Shown: piece after piece, positions 46,661 through 60,014 of the stretch
Position numbering within the stretch: the stretch's first letter is position 1
Layout: the number at the start of each line of letters is the position of its first letter
Assembly: GCF_018977255.1 (NCBI RefSeq)
Contig: NW_024704742.1
Coordinates: 88,662,001-88,726,000 of the forward strand
Source of the DNA: Callorhinchus milii
Taxonomy: Eukaryota
Length of the DNA stretch: 64,000 nt
Direction: 5' to 3'
Position numbers and translations under genes: made by a program
The notes under the pieces: model-generated
Databases searched by the model: none
The model's input: only the letters and a program-made list of their open reading frames with translations
Told to the model about the DNA's origin: nothing

Positions 46661-49252
46661 CACCATCTAGCTCCCTTCACTTAGGATAACATCTCAGAGT
46701 GCTTTACAATAATGAAGCCCACCACCTAAGGTAAGATTCCAAGATGGTGGACAAACAAGTTTGAAAAGAGTCTGTGGACCAAACCATTGGATTGAAATTG
46801 GGGAAAGAAGTGGGAGGAGCAGTGAGGGGGGTTCCATATCCAAACCTGTTGAGAATTAATGACAGGTTTGGATCCACTAGTTATTGCTAGTGGTAATTAT
46901 GATTTTGAATGTCGCATCTGTCACCCCTATAGCATTTGTGTCCTCTGGGAGAGGGGTGTGAGTCTAATGTGGTCGAGAGACTGTACTATTATTAAATCAC
47001 AATTAATCAAATTGGCATCTCATGAAAAATTCAACAATTGGTTATTTTGAGAGATGAGCTGAAAGTTAAGCGGCACACTTTGAAAGCCCTTCAGAGTGCA
47101 GGTACCAAATGTGGATTTATGGTTAAATATTCCCTGTAGCTCGCAAAACTGCAAGCTACACTGCTTTGCCGTGATTAACATTTAAAGTTATGCAAAATGC
47201 ACTCTTATAATTAAAGTGCGATGAAAACGGTTAGGATTTGAGACTTTGAAGCCTGTTCGTAGCCCTCGGGATTAATCAGCAAAAGTGGCTGCTTCATACC
47301 AAAAACCATTATGTTAAATGGCTGAGCTTACCTTTTTCCACACCATCTAACATGTCGTGCAGGCCCTGTGAAAATGGGACACACTTTGAACTCAATCTTC
47401 ACAGACAGTCTTTCTCCTTGTTTCACTTCCAGATGTTCTACAAACACAATACACACACACGGTCTTAAAAATAGACTGATATTCTAAGGAGGGCTGCAAA
47501 TTTCCTATTATGTAGGAATTTTGTACCCTGTCAAAGAGCCCAATGTTCTCCCAGACATCACGTAGACCTGCGGCTCTGCCCTGCTCCAGAAGCGGGTGGC
47601 ATACAAAAAATAAATCCACATAAAATAAAAATGACTGCCGGTTGGGAGAAGATTATGATCAGTCATTCATCCAGCATCCTCTGTGCATTTGGTTTTAACT
47701 CTAGTCAGCAATGTAAAACACCTTAGCCAGACGTAAAATCTAACCTTTAGAAAGCTATCAAAAACCTGAGCCAAAGGGTTAAACAGCCATTTTCAGAGCT
47801 TGGCTCTACCTTTTGTGACCCGCATAAAGAGTCTGACCACTGGTGTGACTTGCAATGGATCACTCAATCCCTCTCAAGCCTCCAGGCTGCCTTTTGCACA
47901 CAATAAAGGTAGTACAGTGAGAATTTACCCTGTAAAACAGTGTCTGTCTTAAGCATACACTACTTAGAGTCTTGGGCACATGTCGTTGCTAATATAATTG
48001 ATGATTAGACTTTTAAAAAAGGTAAACAATGCAACGGAAATGTGTAATTTAAATAACAAACAAATGCCTTGTTTATTCCTCTTGAGTATTCTCCAGGAGC
48101 TGCTCTAACAGGAAGCTACCTGGCAATGCTGCCTCGCATTGTGGTGGACACTACACCTGTGCAGCACAGGCTTGCTTGTTTCCAGGAAATATTATTTTCT
48201 AAATTACAAAATAACTTTCTTTTCACATAGCAAAAAGTGATTGGTGATGTGCTCTTTTCTGTTTAGCAGCCTGGCAAATTGTCTTGCAAGGCAATTGATC
48301 AGACTTCACTGTGCCTTTAAGCTTGTTTTTCTGCAGCGTTGCAGCTATCACGGTCAAAATGGGTGAGTTGCTGGGGAAAAATATGAAGGGTTTGAATGAA
48401 ACAATCTCCCACCTCACCTCACCCCAGAGTACATGGTTTTCAATATTGAATTGCTTACCTATGTTTGTCTACAGTCATTAAACTTTATAGTATATGCTGT
48501 AAAGCATTTTGAGATGTCCTCCTAGAATGAAATGCACTATATCAAATATTACTTGAATGTTTCCACTGAGAAATGGTTCCTCACACAAAGTACCATCAGA
48601 GAAAGAGGTCTTAATGACCAAAGATTCTCTGCATGAACAAGTCTGCACTCCTTGCCTCGGGACTGATGTGCAGAAACCGTCTGATACAAGTGACATTATT
48701 CTGCAGTGAAGTCCATTGGATAGTGTTATGATCTGGAGTCTTTTAGTTTTAACATCACACCAGTCTATTTGCAGTGTCATAATCCCCAGCAGTCATTTCT
48801 GAAGAACTTATCAACCTCATAGTGAAAAACTGCCATGTTATTAGAAGTGCGATTTTTCAACAGTGATGTTGAACATGATGGAGAACAGCTCAGACATTGA
48901 GCTTTGTGAGCAAACCATTGAAAGTTGCCTTCTTGTTGTCGATTAGCCCTCTCTGAAATGACGCATGGTCACCGGAGAGGAGCTTGGTCCCTTTTGTTTA
49001 CTCCTTGACTGCAGTGTTACCTGTTTACTCCAGGGTTAGAAAGCAGTGACAGATTAATCCTTAGCTGTTTATGGTTAAATCAGATCTTGGCCACACAAAA
49101 ATTAACACTGCACATTATCAGAGTTCTATCAAGGGTTAAAGAAGGCCCCTCACTCCAAGATTGAGTCAGACAAATCTGTGTCGGAGTAGCAGAAACCCTT
49201 CTATTATGCATTATATTAAGTGATAATTCCATGAATGTACCAGCACTGGTAA

Positions 49253-49578
49253 GACGTCCTATAGTGTAGTGATTAGCGAGCTGGCCTCGAAAGCGAGAGG
49301 ACCACCTTTACTCCACCCACCTTTGTTTATCTAGCAGTCAGTAAGTAGGAACCCGGTTTAGTCGATTGGCAGATCGCTTTTCGGGAGTAATAATTCCTCA
49401 AAAAAAATGTGGTCACTCAATCTACGACTGTTTGTGGGACACTGCTGTTTGCAATTGGCTGCCACGTTTCGCCCACAAATTACACAGTCAATCCACTTTG
49501 CAGTATATCCTGTGAAGCGCTTTGAGACATCTCAACGACGTGATAAAGCGCTATATCAAATGCAACGACTATTATTAT
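49253..49578 (+). mobile_element. tRNA-Ala-derived SINE, long subfamily, partial head deletion
   Basis: gtaagtaggaacccgg...gtcgattggcagatcgctttt, Deu 3' body and tail. Confidence 0.8.
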
Positions 49579-51339
49579 ATAAGAACCAATGCACTTCAAA
49601 AGCAAAAAATGAACCAGCTGAAAAATTTTGGAGACCAGTTATGACCTTGTCTTAACCTATAAGATTATGACAATTGCACAGAATTGTGGAAAAACCTTGA
49701 ACTCAACCTTACCTTGGAAGCCGAATCTTAAGGAAACTGGGTAAAAACAGCTTCCAAACCATAGATTAAAGAATAATCCACAATTCTCCTCGAATTTAGA
49801 AAATTAAGACCAAATAATCTTACACATTAAGACTGGCCACTTGAATGTTCAGCAATAGTGTAATTTTGTTCCCTTTGCCTCAATCCCTCAATGGATTTCT
49901 TCGATACTTAATATTTGATGATCATTCATTCTGTGCGTTCCAAGGCAGCAAAACCAAAATTTCAGAATTTGTAAAACTGCCATCTGCATTTCCGATTTGG
50001 GGTACAATAATAGTAATAATCGTTATTGTAATAATAATTTATTATTATTGTACAATTACAATGTAATTTATATTTATATACTGCTTTTCACTTCAGGAGG
50101 ATGTTTCCAAGTGCTTTCTACCTCTGGTGGATCCATGGCAATTCTCATGCAGTAAATACTCAATTTGCTCATATTTCCTGGCACTGATCCCTGTTTATCA
50201 TCTCCTGGTTGCTGTGTTTTTTTTGTTGCTTTCTGCATGTGTAATGGGCCAAGCAGAAAAGGTCTCTGCCATCTACTTTTAAGAGACTGTGAAATTTCCA
50301 ATCACACACTTCATGCCACAATTAACTAAAATGTTGAATGTTCTACGAGACCCATTACGTATAATATGAGTTTTCAGATAGCAGAAGGTAGCATTCACCA
50401 ACCTCACGTCGGAGAGCGTGACTCCACACAGCCTTTACCCAACTAAAAAACTGAGATTATCGCAAACAATGCAACTATAATGCAATTTACATTTATAGAG
50501 TGCCTTTCATGTTAGGAGGACATCTCAAAGCAATTAACACTGCTGGCTGGGCATGAGAGGGGAAAAGATGACTGAGAACCCAGTCAAGCAGTATGTCTTA
50601 AGATGAGTCCTGAACGACATCGAATGATGGAGAGAGTCGGAGGAACTGCAGGATGGGGGCCTAATGGCTGAAGGCCCACCCACCGATGGGGGGTGGGTAG
50701 ATCAGGGGACACAAAACACCTGACCATTGTCAAAAAGGAACTTTTTGCTCGCAAAATCCCACCGTGTCTAACAAATGAAGTTAACTTTAGGAATCAGATT
50801 TTGACATCAAAATAACCATGTTTGGGGCATCAATAATAAAATTGTAATCCTTACATTTGGCATTGCACCTTGGATATCACAGTGGGAGGATATCCCAAAG
50901 CAATTCACAGGATGTATTGTAATGTCCAGTGACTGTGGGTCTTGTGGACAAACAACATTTATGAAAAGTAAGCAGGGCTCTGCACTGACTGAGCAGCTTC
51001 CTGCAGGCCAGATGTGTGGACAGGTGTCTCATGTCTGGTTACGCTACTAGTATTCGACACCCACCATTAGACTGACAGCTGTCTGGTCATTTAAAGGAAA
51101 AAATCTCCCCTAAAAGATTTGAAATAAAACTTAACTTGTGTCGTTCCTCCAGCCACAGATGATAGCCACTCACTCACCATCTGCCACTCTTATCAGGGGA
51201 GCTGGTCATGGAGACTTAGGTCGGGAGAATAAGGGCGATTTTTGTATTTATGCATCTTTTAAAGGGACAGGTCTACCCTTAATGCGAAACAGCATGAGTT
51301 GGGCAAGGGTGCAGAAATTTGAGATGTATCTTATATAAC

Positions 51340-51680
51340 AATCCTTGCATCTGTAGGCAAACCTGGAAGCTGATTTGAGCACAACGATAAACCACAAACA
51401 GCTATGAAATGAATGACCAATTTTTTATTTGGGGGATTGTCGGCCGGGACATTGGGAGAAACTAGAACATAGGAACAGGAGTAGGCCATTCAGCCTTCCG
51501 AGCCTGTTACGCCATTTAATTAGATCATGACTGGTCTGTACCTCACCTAATCCTTTCAATTCCAATTTCCCACTTTCTCTCCGTATCCCTTAATACCCTT
51601 CTCTTTTTGAATAGTGCCATGGGATCTTTAATGTCCACCTGAACAGGCAGAAGGAATATCAGTTGAGCATCTCATCCAAA
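51340..51680 (-). mobile_element. DeuSINE fragment interrupted by a CR1 3' end (51463-51600)
   Basis: Deu sequence ...ggagaaact, then CR1 agaacataggaacaggagtaggccattcagcc..., then Deu resumes ctctttttgaatagtgccatgggatctttaatgtccacctgaacagg. Confidence 0.7.
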
Positions 51681-53509
51681 TCCACAGTCGCTACACATCA
51701 CAGTAAAATTCTGTGAAGCACTTTGAGACATTTCGATGAGGTGGTAATGCAATATTAATAACAAAATAAGCCTGCAGCTCTGTTTGTTTGTGTGTTAATG
51801 TATCTGTAAGTATGACAAGGAGAGAACAGAGCTATAAATATCTAAAATAATTATTTTTGCCGTGTTATGATTACAATTAATTAAAGTTTTCCCTGTTCGC
51901 CTGCCTGGCTTTAGCTTACACAAAAACATGGGCTCATAAAGTTCAATGCTTTATACCATTGTACAGTTCAAATCCCTCTCAGTGTAACACAATGGCGTTT
52001 TAAAGATCAGTGGATAATGTTCGAGAACACTTTCAAGACATTTCACTTGGTGATATCAAAGGGATCATCGCAGACCATTAAAGGATCAGATATTACAACA
52101 ACAACAACTTGTATTTATATAGTGCCCTTCACACGGGGCACCATCTAGGAGCAATTTCAGGTTTTTGCGGTTCAGATATTAAGAAGGTTCTTTTGTGGAT
52201 CAGAAAACACAAACCCAATTGGAGTTTGTTCATGCCTATTAATTTGCTTTAACTTTAATACATATGCTCTATGTAGAGTTTATTGAAAAGATGAATTGAG
52301 ACACCTCTGAGTTGGCCTCATGCAGGAGATAAAACAAGTTGAAAACAAGTAGGAGAGAAACCGATGGGAACATGCTTTGCCTGAAGTGCAAAACAAACGT
52401 TCACAAGATTGATTTGGATGAATTATATCAAGGGATTTGGCACAGAAACGAGCCATTTGGACCAACTTCCATGTTGGTATCTATACTCCCCACGAGCCCT
52501 CAACTCTCCGATTCCCCTCACCTACACTCCTCTATTCTTAACACTTTTGTGTTTGGAACTGTATAACACTCCACCCAGCCCTACACTGAAGTGTCAGCCC
52601 AGACTATGAACTCAAAATACCGACATAGGGCTTGTGTTTATGATGAATACGAAAAGGTGCAGTTCAGATTTTCAAGCCAGTTCGGGCTTTAGTTTTGCTG
52701 CATAAATCCAACTTCAAAAGGTAAACAAATGAAGAAAGCTCTTTGGCCCATCTGATCTCATCTTTTCAGAACACTCAGCCTATAGTCTTCCCATCACAGT
52801 ATCAAACTGCTTTTTACATGATTCAGTGTCCTGGCCTCAAGCACCCTTTCCTGCAACTGCTGTTTGTGCAGTGTGATGTGATGTGGAGTGCTGTGATGTG
52901 ATAAACCACGAAACAAGATCCCTCGGAAAATGATGGAAGCAGAAAGTGTTGATTCATTCAAATACAAATTAGATAGATTTTTGGGGAAAATAATATTTTG
53001 GGATACACTATATGAGACATGGCATATAGTAAGTGTACTATGTTTGGAAGAACTAGGCAACTTTGGATCTAAGGTTCTCAAAGCTTTCCACTCTGTTGTA
53101 GACTAGTCCATACAGAATTAATTGTTATCAACATCTTCATTATTGTAGCAAACGACTACCAGGATGGGAGAATGCAAACTAGATGGACCTTAGTCTTTTT
53201 CATCTAGCAATTACTAAGTGGATTGATTGTGATGAGGAGATGCTGCCAAAGGAAAAAATGCAGGAATTCTTAGCCCAGGCTAGACTGAAAAACGATACAG
53301 AGATATGGTAAGCCCTGTCTAAAACCCATAGGAGCCACGTGAAGATAATGCATAAAAAATACCAACATATACATTGAACCAAATACATTTCATCTAAAAA
53401 AAAATGTAAGCAGAGAATGATAACTGAGTCCTGGAGTTACACTTCTATCTGCATTTAGGTTTAGTGGTTCCGTCTTACAAACCATTCAGATTGTCCCTTT
53501 GTACAACAA

Positions 53510-53760
53510 TAATAATGATGATAATCCTTGCATTTGGTATTGTGCCTTTCACGTCATGAGGACATCTCAAAGGGCTTCACAAGATATACTGTAAAGTGGA
53601 GTCACTGTATTTGTAGGTGAGCACGGCAGCTCTCTGCATACAGCTGTGTCCCACAAACAGCCATGAAGTGAATAACCAATTTTATTTGGGGGATTGTTGA
53701 TCAAGAAACTGGTTGAAACTGCCTTCTCTTTTCAAATAGTCCCCTAGGATCTTTAACATC
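53510..53760 (-). mobile_element. DeuSINE 3' half (5' half continues at 55714-55890)
   Basis: Ends ggatctttaacatcc and resumes atccacctgaacaagcag after the intervening L2. Confidence 0.75.
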
Positions 53761-55713
53761 CAACAACAACAAGATTACATTTGTACAGCGCCTTTCACGT
53801 TGGGAGGACGTCCCAAAGTGCTGGACATAGTACAGCATTTCAGACCCGAGCTGGGGTCAGGGGAGAGAAAAGAGAGGAGGGGAAGGGGTGTGGCCTATGG
53901 CTTGGTTGAAGAGGAGGATCTTGAGGCAGGACTTGAAAGAGGCTAAGGAGGGGTCGAGGCAGAGTGATTGGGGGATGGAATTCCAGAGGTTGGGGGCAGA
54001 GAGTCTGAAGGCTCTCCCGCCAATGGTGGGCCGGGTGGGTTGGGGGACATGGAGCAGGCCAGAGCCGGCTGAGTGGAGGGAGCAGGCGGGTTGATAGGGG
54101 GTTAGGAGGTCGCAGAGGTAAGGTGGGGCGAGGCCATGGAGAGCTTTGTATGTGAGGATCTTGAACTGGATCTTCTGAAGGATAGGGAGCCAGTGGAGTC
54201 GGGCGAGAGTGGAGGAGATGGGGTCACAGAGTTTAGTGCGGGAGAGGACACGGGCTGCAGAGTTCTGGATTATCTGCAGCCTGTGGAGGGAGGAGTTGGG
54301 AAGGCCGACAAGCAGGGCATTTGCATAGTCGAACCTGGAGGTGATGAAGACATGAACAAGAGTTTCAGAGGCCTGAGGGGTGAGGTAGTGGCGGAGTCAT
54401 TCGATGTTACGGAGGTGAGGGAAGGCAGAGCGGGTCATGGCTTGGATGTGGGGAAGAAAAGACAGTTAAGATACCTAGGTTCCTGACTGGCTTTGTGAGT
54501 TGAAGTGTGCAACCATGGAGGTTGATGCTGCCAGAGCCTGAGGTGCAGAGGCGCTGGCGGGAGCCAATCAGGAGGGCCTCAGTCTTGTTCACATTCAACT
54601 GTAGGAAATTTGCCCTCATCCAGGACTTGATGGCAGTCTGTCAGGACAGCAGTGGTCCTGGAGTTGAGGGTGGAGGCAGAAAGATAGAGTTGGGTGTCAT
54701 CCGCATACATGTGGAAGTTGACCCCATATCTGCAGATGATGTCACCAAGATAGAGCATGTAGATATTAAAGAGGAGAGGGCCAAGGACAGAGCCCTGGGG
54801 GACGCCAGACATGACAGTGCGCGGGCTGGAGGAGAAACCGTTAGAGGCAACAAAGTGGAGACGGTGAGAGAGATAGGAATCGAACCAGGCAAGGGCAGAT
54901 CCGTGAAGATTGAGTAAAGCAGAGAGGCGGTGTATGAGGATGGAGTGGTCGACAGTGTCGAAGGCGGCAGAGAGGACAAGGAGGCAGAGGGAGCCCTGAT
55001 CACAGATGTTCAGAATGTCATTAGTGACTTTGACCAGGGCTGTTTCTGTGTTGTGGGCAGCGCGGAAGCTGGATTGGAGGGATTCAAAGAGGTAATGGCG
55101 AGAGAGAAAGGAGCGGAGCTGGGACGTGACGACCCGTTCCAGGACCTTGGAGAGGAATGGGAGGTTAGAGATGGGGCAGTAGCTGGAGAGGAGGGATGGA
55201 TCCAGGGAAGGTTTTTTCAAGATGGGGGTGATGACGGCTGTTTATAGGGGGGTGGGAACTGAACTGGTGGACAAGGAGAGGTTGATGACTTCGGACAGGA
55301 GAGGGGTTAGAAGGTGGAGCTGGGAGATGACGAGAGAGGTGGGGATGGGATTGAGGGAGCAGGTGGTGGGTTTGAGTTTGCGAACAGTCGCGGTGAGGGA
55401 GGAGAGAAAGATAGGGTTGAAGGAGTATGGGGGGGATGGTTGGGGGGGTGGGTCATGAGGGAGAGGAGAAGTGGGGGTGGCTGTGGACGTGGCAGAGGTG
55501 ACTGAACATATCCCCTCGATTTTGGATTTGAAGAAGTCCAGCATCTCTTCACAGTTGGAGTTTGAGGAGAGGATTGGCGAGGCATGGGAAGGTGGACGGA
55601 GGAGATGGTTTGTGGTGGAAAAGGAAAACCTGGGGTTGTTCTTTGCCTCCAAGATAACCTGGGAGTAGAAGGAGGATTTGGTAGAGGCAAGAGCGCAGCG
55701 GTAGGTTTGGTAG
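53761..55713 (-). mobile_element. L2-clade LINE, ~1.95 kb, inserted into a DeuSINE
   Basis: RT core [44 protein letters not shown] and MYADDTQLYLS. (aac)n tail at 53761. Confidence 0.95.
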
Positions 55714-55890
55714 ATCCACCTGAACAAGCAGACGGGATATAGGGTTAACATGTCATCCGAAGGACAGCACCTCCGACAATACAACACCTCCCATTGGAAC
55801 ATCAGACTAGAATATGTGAGTTCAAGTCCTGACGTGGGGCTTGAAACTACAACCTTCTGATTCAGACATGAGAATGCTAAACCAGGTGAG
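55714..55890 (-). mobile_element. DeuSINE 5' half
   Basis: tcatccgaaggacagcacctccgacaat...gtggggcttgaaactacaaccttctgattcag. Confidence 0.7.
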
Positions 55891-57177
55891 ATTCTGAGAG
55901 GTGAGATTCAGAAATGAGCCAGACTGATGATACCCACTGTACCAGGCTAACACACAAGTTTTCAAAATGCCTAAAAATGCACAGTTGTGACACTTTATAT
56001 CCTGTGAACGCTTTGAGATGTCCTCTTGACCTGAAAAGTGCTGTAGCAAATGTAAGAATCATTGCTATTTTGTTATCCAGCCTTCTGAAGCTAAGGGACA
56101 AAAACAAAATAAACAGCATCATGGAAAGTTAAATGGCTGAGGTTTGTGAATTTTTCCTAGTTGAACAAAAGCAGCCACTGATGAGGTGTTTACTCACATT
56201 ATGTCGACTGGAAGCTGTGCTGGGTCGTGCCTCTTAACTGATAAACAAGCTGGCAGCATCTTCTGTGGCGTTTAAACCAACAGTTCACAGATATCATTTT
56301 GAAGTGCATTGGCTTTTCATTGTGTTTCTCACTTCAGATCAATAATAATCATTTATCCTCAGGACTTGTTCTCAAAAACTGCTGCTATGGATCCTCTGTA
56401 ACCCTTTCTGTGTAGGAATTTGATGGTCTGACAGCAGGTTTGTCGGTGTCCTGAGTAATTGTTGTACGAGGTGTTATCAACAAAACTAATCAAATACCAG
56501 GTTGCATCTTAAGGGCATTTGTCTACACGTCAAAATAAGTTATTTGTTTGTTGTTTGCTCTGTCTTGTTTTTTCCCCTTCAATTTTCTCCTCTCACCTCC
56601 TGTATGTGCTCTGCCAGATCACTTCACCTTTGAAATGTTACACAATTTTAGAGCTCAGGGACTTCCACTTTACGAATTTCAGCCCCACTGTATGTGATTT
56701 AGGGTCACCCTTGTTCTGGGATTGAAAATGCACTTCAATGTAATAGCAGCAGAAGGAAAGGATACTTCATGGTAGGAACAGGAATCACCTTGGGTCACAG
56801 AGCCATGTCTGCAGGGACTCAGGTACAAGATGCTGATCTCACCACTGACCCTACGCCTGGTCACAGCTGAGTCCTGGCGACATGTAGTCACCTACATGGG
56901 GTTTCCTAGAGGAGTCACACTTTGTGAATTGAGGTGGTGGTTTACTGTCGCAAGATTTTCTGAGGTTTTTTTACCAATGTAAATGCATCAGTCCCAGGGG
57001 CATTTTTCCAACAGGCTATATCAAATGCAAGGACTATTATTGACTATTATTATATAAGAAACAATGCACTTCAAAAGCAAAAAATAAACCAGCTAAAAAA
57101 ATTGGGAGACCAGTTATGAACTTGTCTTAACCTATAAGATTATGACGATCGCACAGAATTGTGGAAAAACCTTGAAC

Positions 57178-57505
57178 AAAATTACATTTGTACAGCACCT
57201 TTCACGCTGGGAGGGGCATTGGACAGTCAGTGTTTCGGACCCAAGCTGGGGGTCGGGATTGGGGAGAGTGGAGGGTGATTGAAGGCACGGTCAAAGAGGG
57301 GGGACTTGAGATGGGTCTTGAGGGAGCAAGGTAAGGTACGAGAGGAGGGACTGCGGGATGGAGTTCCAGCGAATGGGGGCGGAGTGGCTGCAGGAGGGAG
57401 CGCGAAGCTTGGTAGGCTAGGAGGATGCAGAGGTGGGGGGATGCAAGGCCATGGAGGGCTTTGAAGGTGAGGACCAGGATCTTGAACTGTATCCTCTGGC
57501 TGATA
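57178..57505 (-). mobile_element. L2 3'-end fragment
   Basis: PISQRIQFKILVLTFKALHGLA plus the L2 terminus aattacatttgtacagcacctttcacg. Confidence 0.85.
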
Positions 57506-58091
57506 GGAGTCGTGCGAGGATGGGATGATAACATATTTGAGCATTCAAAGTTGATTTTCTCCATAGAGTAGGTAGAACAGCATGTCAATAAAAGCAACTG
57601 GAACTGTGTCAATTAACTCCTTCAAAAGCAAACTAGATAAGTGTCTGGTTGGGAATTGGGAACAGTATTTGAGAACATAGACTGAAACTGAGAAGAACTC
57701 ACTCTTCTGTGTCCTTGGCTAAGTTAAAATGTAATTTGTATGTGTGTGTGTATGTGGGAGGGGGTGGGGGGAAGCCAACTGTGTCTTGCTTCTCCCCTCA
57801 AACTACATTCCAACCCCCAGAGAAGAGAATCCTCTTGAGAAGAGCTGTCTTCAGTGGAAGTCCTTGTCTCATCTACAAATACCGTTCCGACCAAGAGAGA
57901 AAGGGGGGGAGGGAGAGAGAAAGACTTTTTTTTATGGTCAGCCGACGCATTTGGAAACCCATTGAGAAAGAAAAAATAAGGAAAGAAAGATAATTTAGCA
58001 ATAGGAGACAATGCTGGAGGGTATTGTTGAAAATATTAGATACCAACACAATTTTGTTTTTAAAGCCTCACTTTTCACTAAAATCTCATGA

Positions 58092-58770
58092 GATGAGAGC
58101 CAACTTTCTACAGTTGAATGTCAGCAAGACGATGCTCTCCTAGTTGGCTTGTGCCAGCACCTCTGTACCTCAGTCACTGGCAGCATCACCATCCATAGAT
58201 GCTCATTCCACCTCACCAAGCCAGTCAGGAAACTAGACAACTTGTTCGACCCTCAACTGTCCTTTCTCCCCCATATCCGTGCCATGACCCGCTCTGTCTT
58301 CCCCCACCTCCGCAACATTGTCCGACATTGGCACTGCCTCAACCCTCAGGCTGCCAAAACCCTCATACATGCCTGCATTTTTTTTCATTTTTATGCGTTT
58401 TGCCCACAAATATACGGTTCAATTCACTTTACAGCATATTCTGCAAAGCGCTTTGAGACGTCTAGAAGACGTGAAAAGCTCTATATCAAATGCAAGGATT
58501 ATTATTATTATTACATTCATTACATCCAGGCTCGACTTTGCCAATGCCCTGCTTGTCAGCATTCCCAACACTTCCCTCCACAAACTGCAGATCATCCAAA
58601 ACCTTACCCACTGGCCCGGCTCCACCCTCGCCCGGCTCCACTAGCTCCCTACCCCTCAGAGAATTGAGTTTAAAATCCTTGTTTTCACCTTCTAGGCCCT
58701 CCATGGTCTTGCCTCCTCCTGCATATCCGACCTGATAACTTCTTATTACAAATGTAATTTTGTATTGTAT
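58092..58770 (+). mobile_element. L2 fragment with a nested SINE 3' end (~58394-58512)
   Basis: atgagagccaactttctacagttgaatgtcagcaagac, QLSFLPHIRAMTRSVFPHLRNI and ITSRLDFANALL. Confidence 0.85.
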
Positions 58771-59224
58771 GAGGAAAAGTTGAAGTTATTTTTGGTTATT
58801 TTTAGGGGGGCATTTGAGAGAAATCATTGCATGACAAGACAGCGATTTTACTCACCGTTAATTATGAAATGTTCCTGAACCAAATGAGCTTTGAAAACAG
58901 TGAATGGGGAGATGAGCTTCAGCGATATGCATCAGAATCCATTTTTCTGTGAAGCAAGTCATTTTTAATTGCCGAGGTAGCTTTTATCAGCCACTCATCT
59001 CATTCTCTAGGACTTTGGTTGATAAGTGGATGAAATGAATTGCTGCGTATTATTGTGAAAATTAATCAGACTATTGCAGTGTGTAAGCAGAAACTTCCAA
59101 GTTACGATGTGTGTTTATTGGATTGAATAAATAATCCGACGTGAAAGGCGCTATACAAATGTAATTTTGTTGTTGTTGTTGTTGAAGAAATGAACATCAT
59201 CCTGTAGTAACATTTAAGTTAAAG

Positions 59225-59415
59225 GTTCATGCCTTCAACCACTACGCCCCGAAACTTTGTTACTCCCTTCCTTCACCCCTTCGCCTCGGCCTCTCGACCA
59301 CGCCTACGTTCGCCTTCCCCCTTCCCCTGGCTCGGCCTTGGGCTCCGCCATTGTTAAGCGACTGAGAGGCCGCCCGGCGTGGAGAGCGTTATATAAATGC
59401 AAGTTGTTGTTGTTG
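59225..59415 (+). mobile_element. CpG-rich 3' end of a second L2-like family
   Basis: gccttcaaccactacgccccgaaact...cgttatataaatgcaa(gtt)n. Related decayed tails at ~11690-11920, ~13820-13890, ~31480-31735, ~38275-38330 and ~52095-52150. Confidence 0.6.
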
Positions 59416-59569
59416 ATAAGATGAGGTGCCTTCTAATCCAGAGGGTGCTATTGCAGTAATTCTCAATCAGATTCCTTAAGAGTAGAATTCATACTGACCT
59501 AAAGAAACTCAGCTAGAGAAGGAGATTGCATTATTCTTGTCATTTATGTGAATACTTCCCGTTACTAAG

Positions 59570-59920
59570 CTTACACTTCAGAGCAGTACTGGGGAGCACT
59601 GCATTGTTGGTGGTTACATCCTTCGAATGGATGAGACATTTAACCAAGGTCCTGTCTGTCTGTTCAGGTGGACATTAATGATCCCATGGCACAATTCGAA
59701 GAGAGAAGGGAGTTTTCCCCATTGTCCTGACCAACAATTCCCCAGAAAAATTTGGCCATTCACTTCATGGCTGTTTGTTAATATTGCTGTGCACAAATTG
59801 GATGTACCGTTCGTCTACAAAATACACAGTTACTGGACTTCACAGTATATCATGTGATACAATTTGTGATGTCTTCCTGATGCGAAAGGCACTATATCAA
59901 ATGCAAGATTTGTTATTATT
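59570..59920 (+). mobile_element. DeuSINE lacking head
   Basis: gcagtactggggagcactgc...ctgttcaggtggacattaatgatcccatggcacaattcgaagag...ggctgtttg...tail. Confidence 0.8.
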
Positions 59921-60014
59921 ACTATGTTATTAAAGTTTAAATCACTCTGTAGAGGTGGTTTCTAAGTGTTTTTCAGTGTTGGGTCAGCCAGACCAATAAC
60001 ACTGCCATGGATGT

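Noticed and set aside
54579..55220. Reverse transcriptase ORF as a retron, DGR or other novel RT system
   Set aside because: It is an ordinary truncated L2 RT with frameshifts and a standard L2 3' tail in a vertebrate repeat context.
56179..56205. CTGATGA words here and near 17188 and 55924 as further hammerheads
   Set aside because: No stem II followed by GAAA and no stem I pairing.
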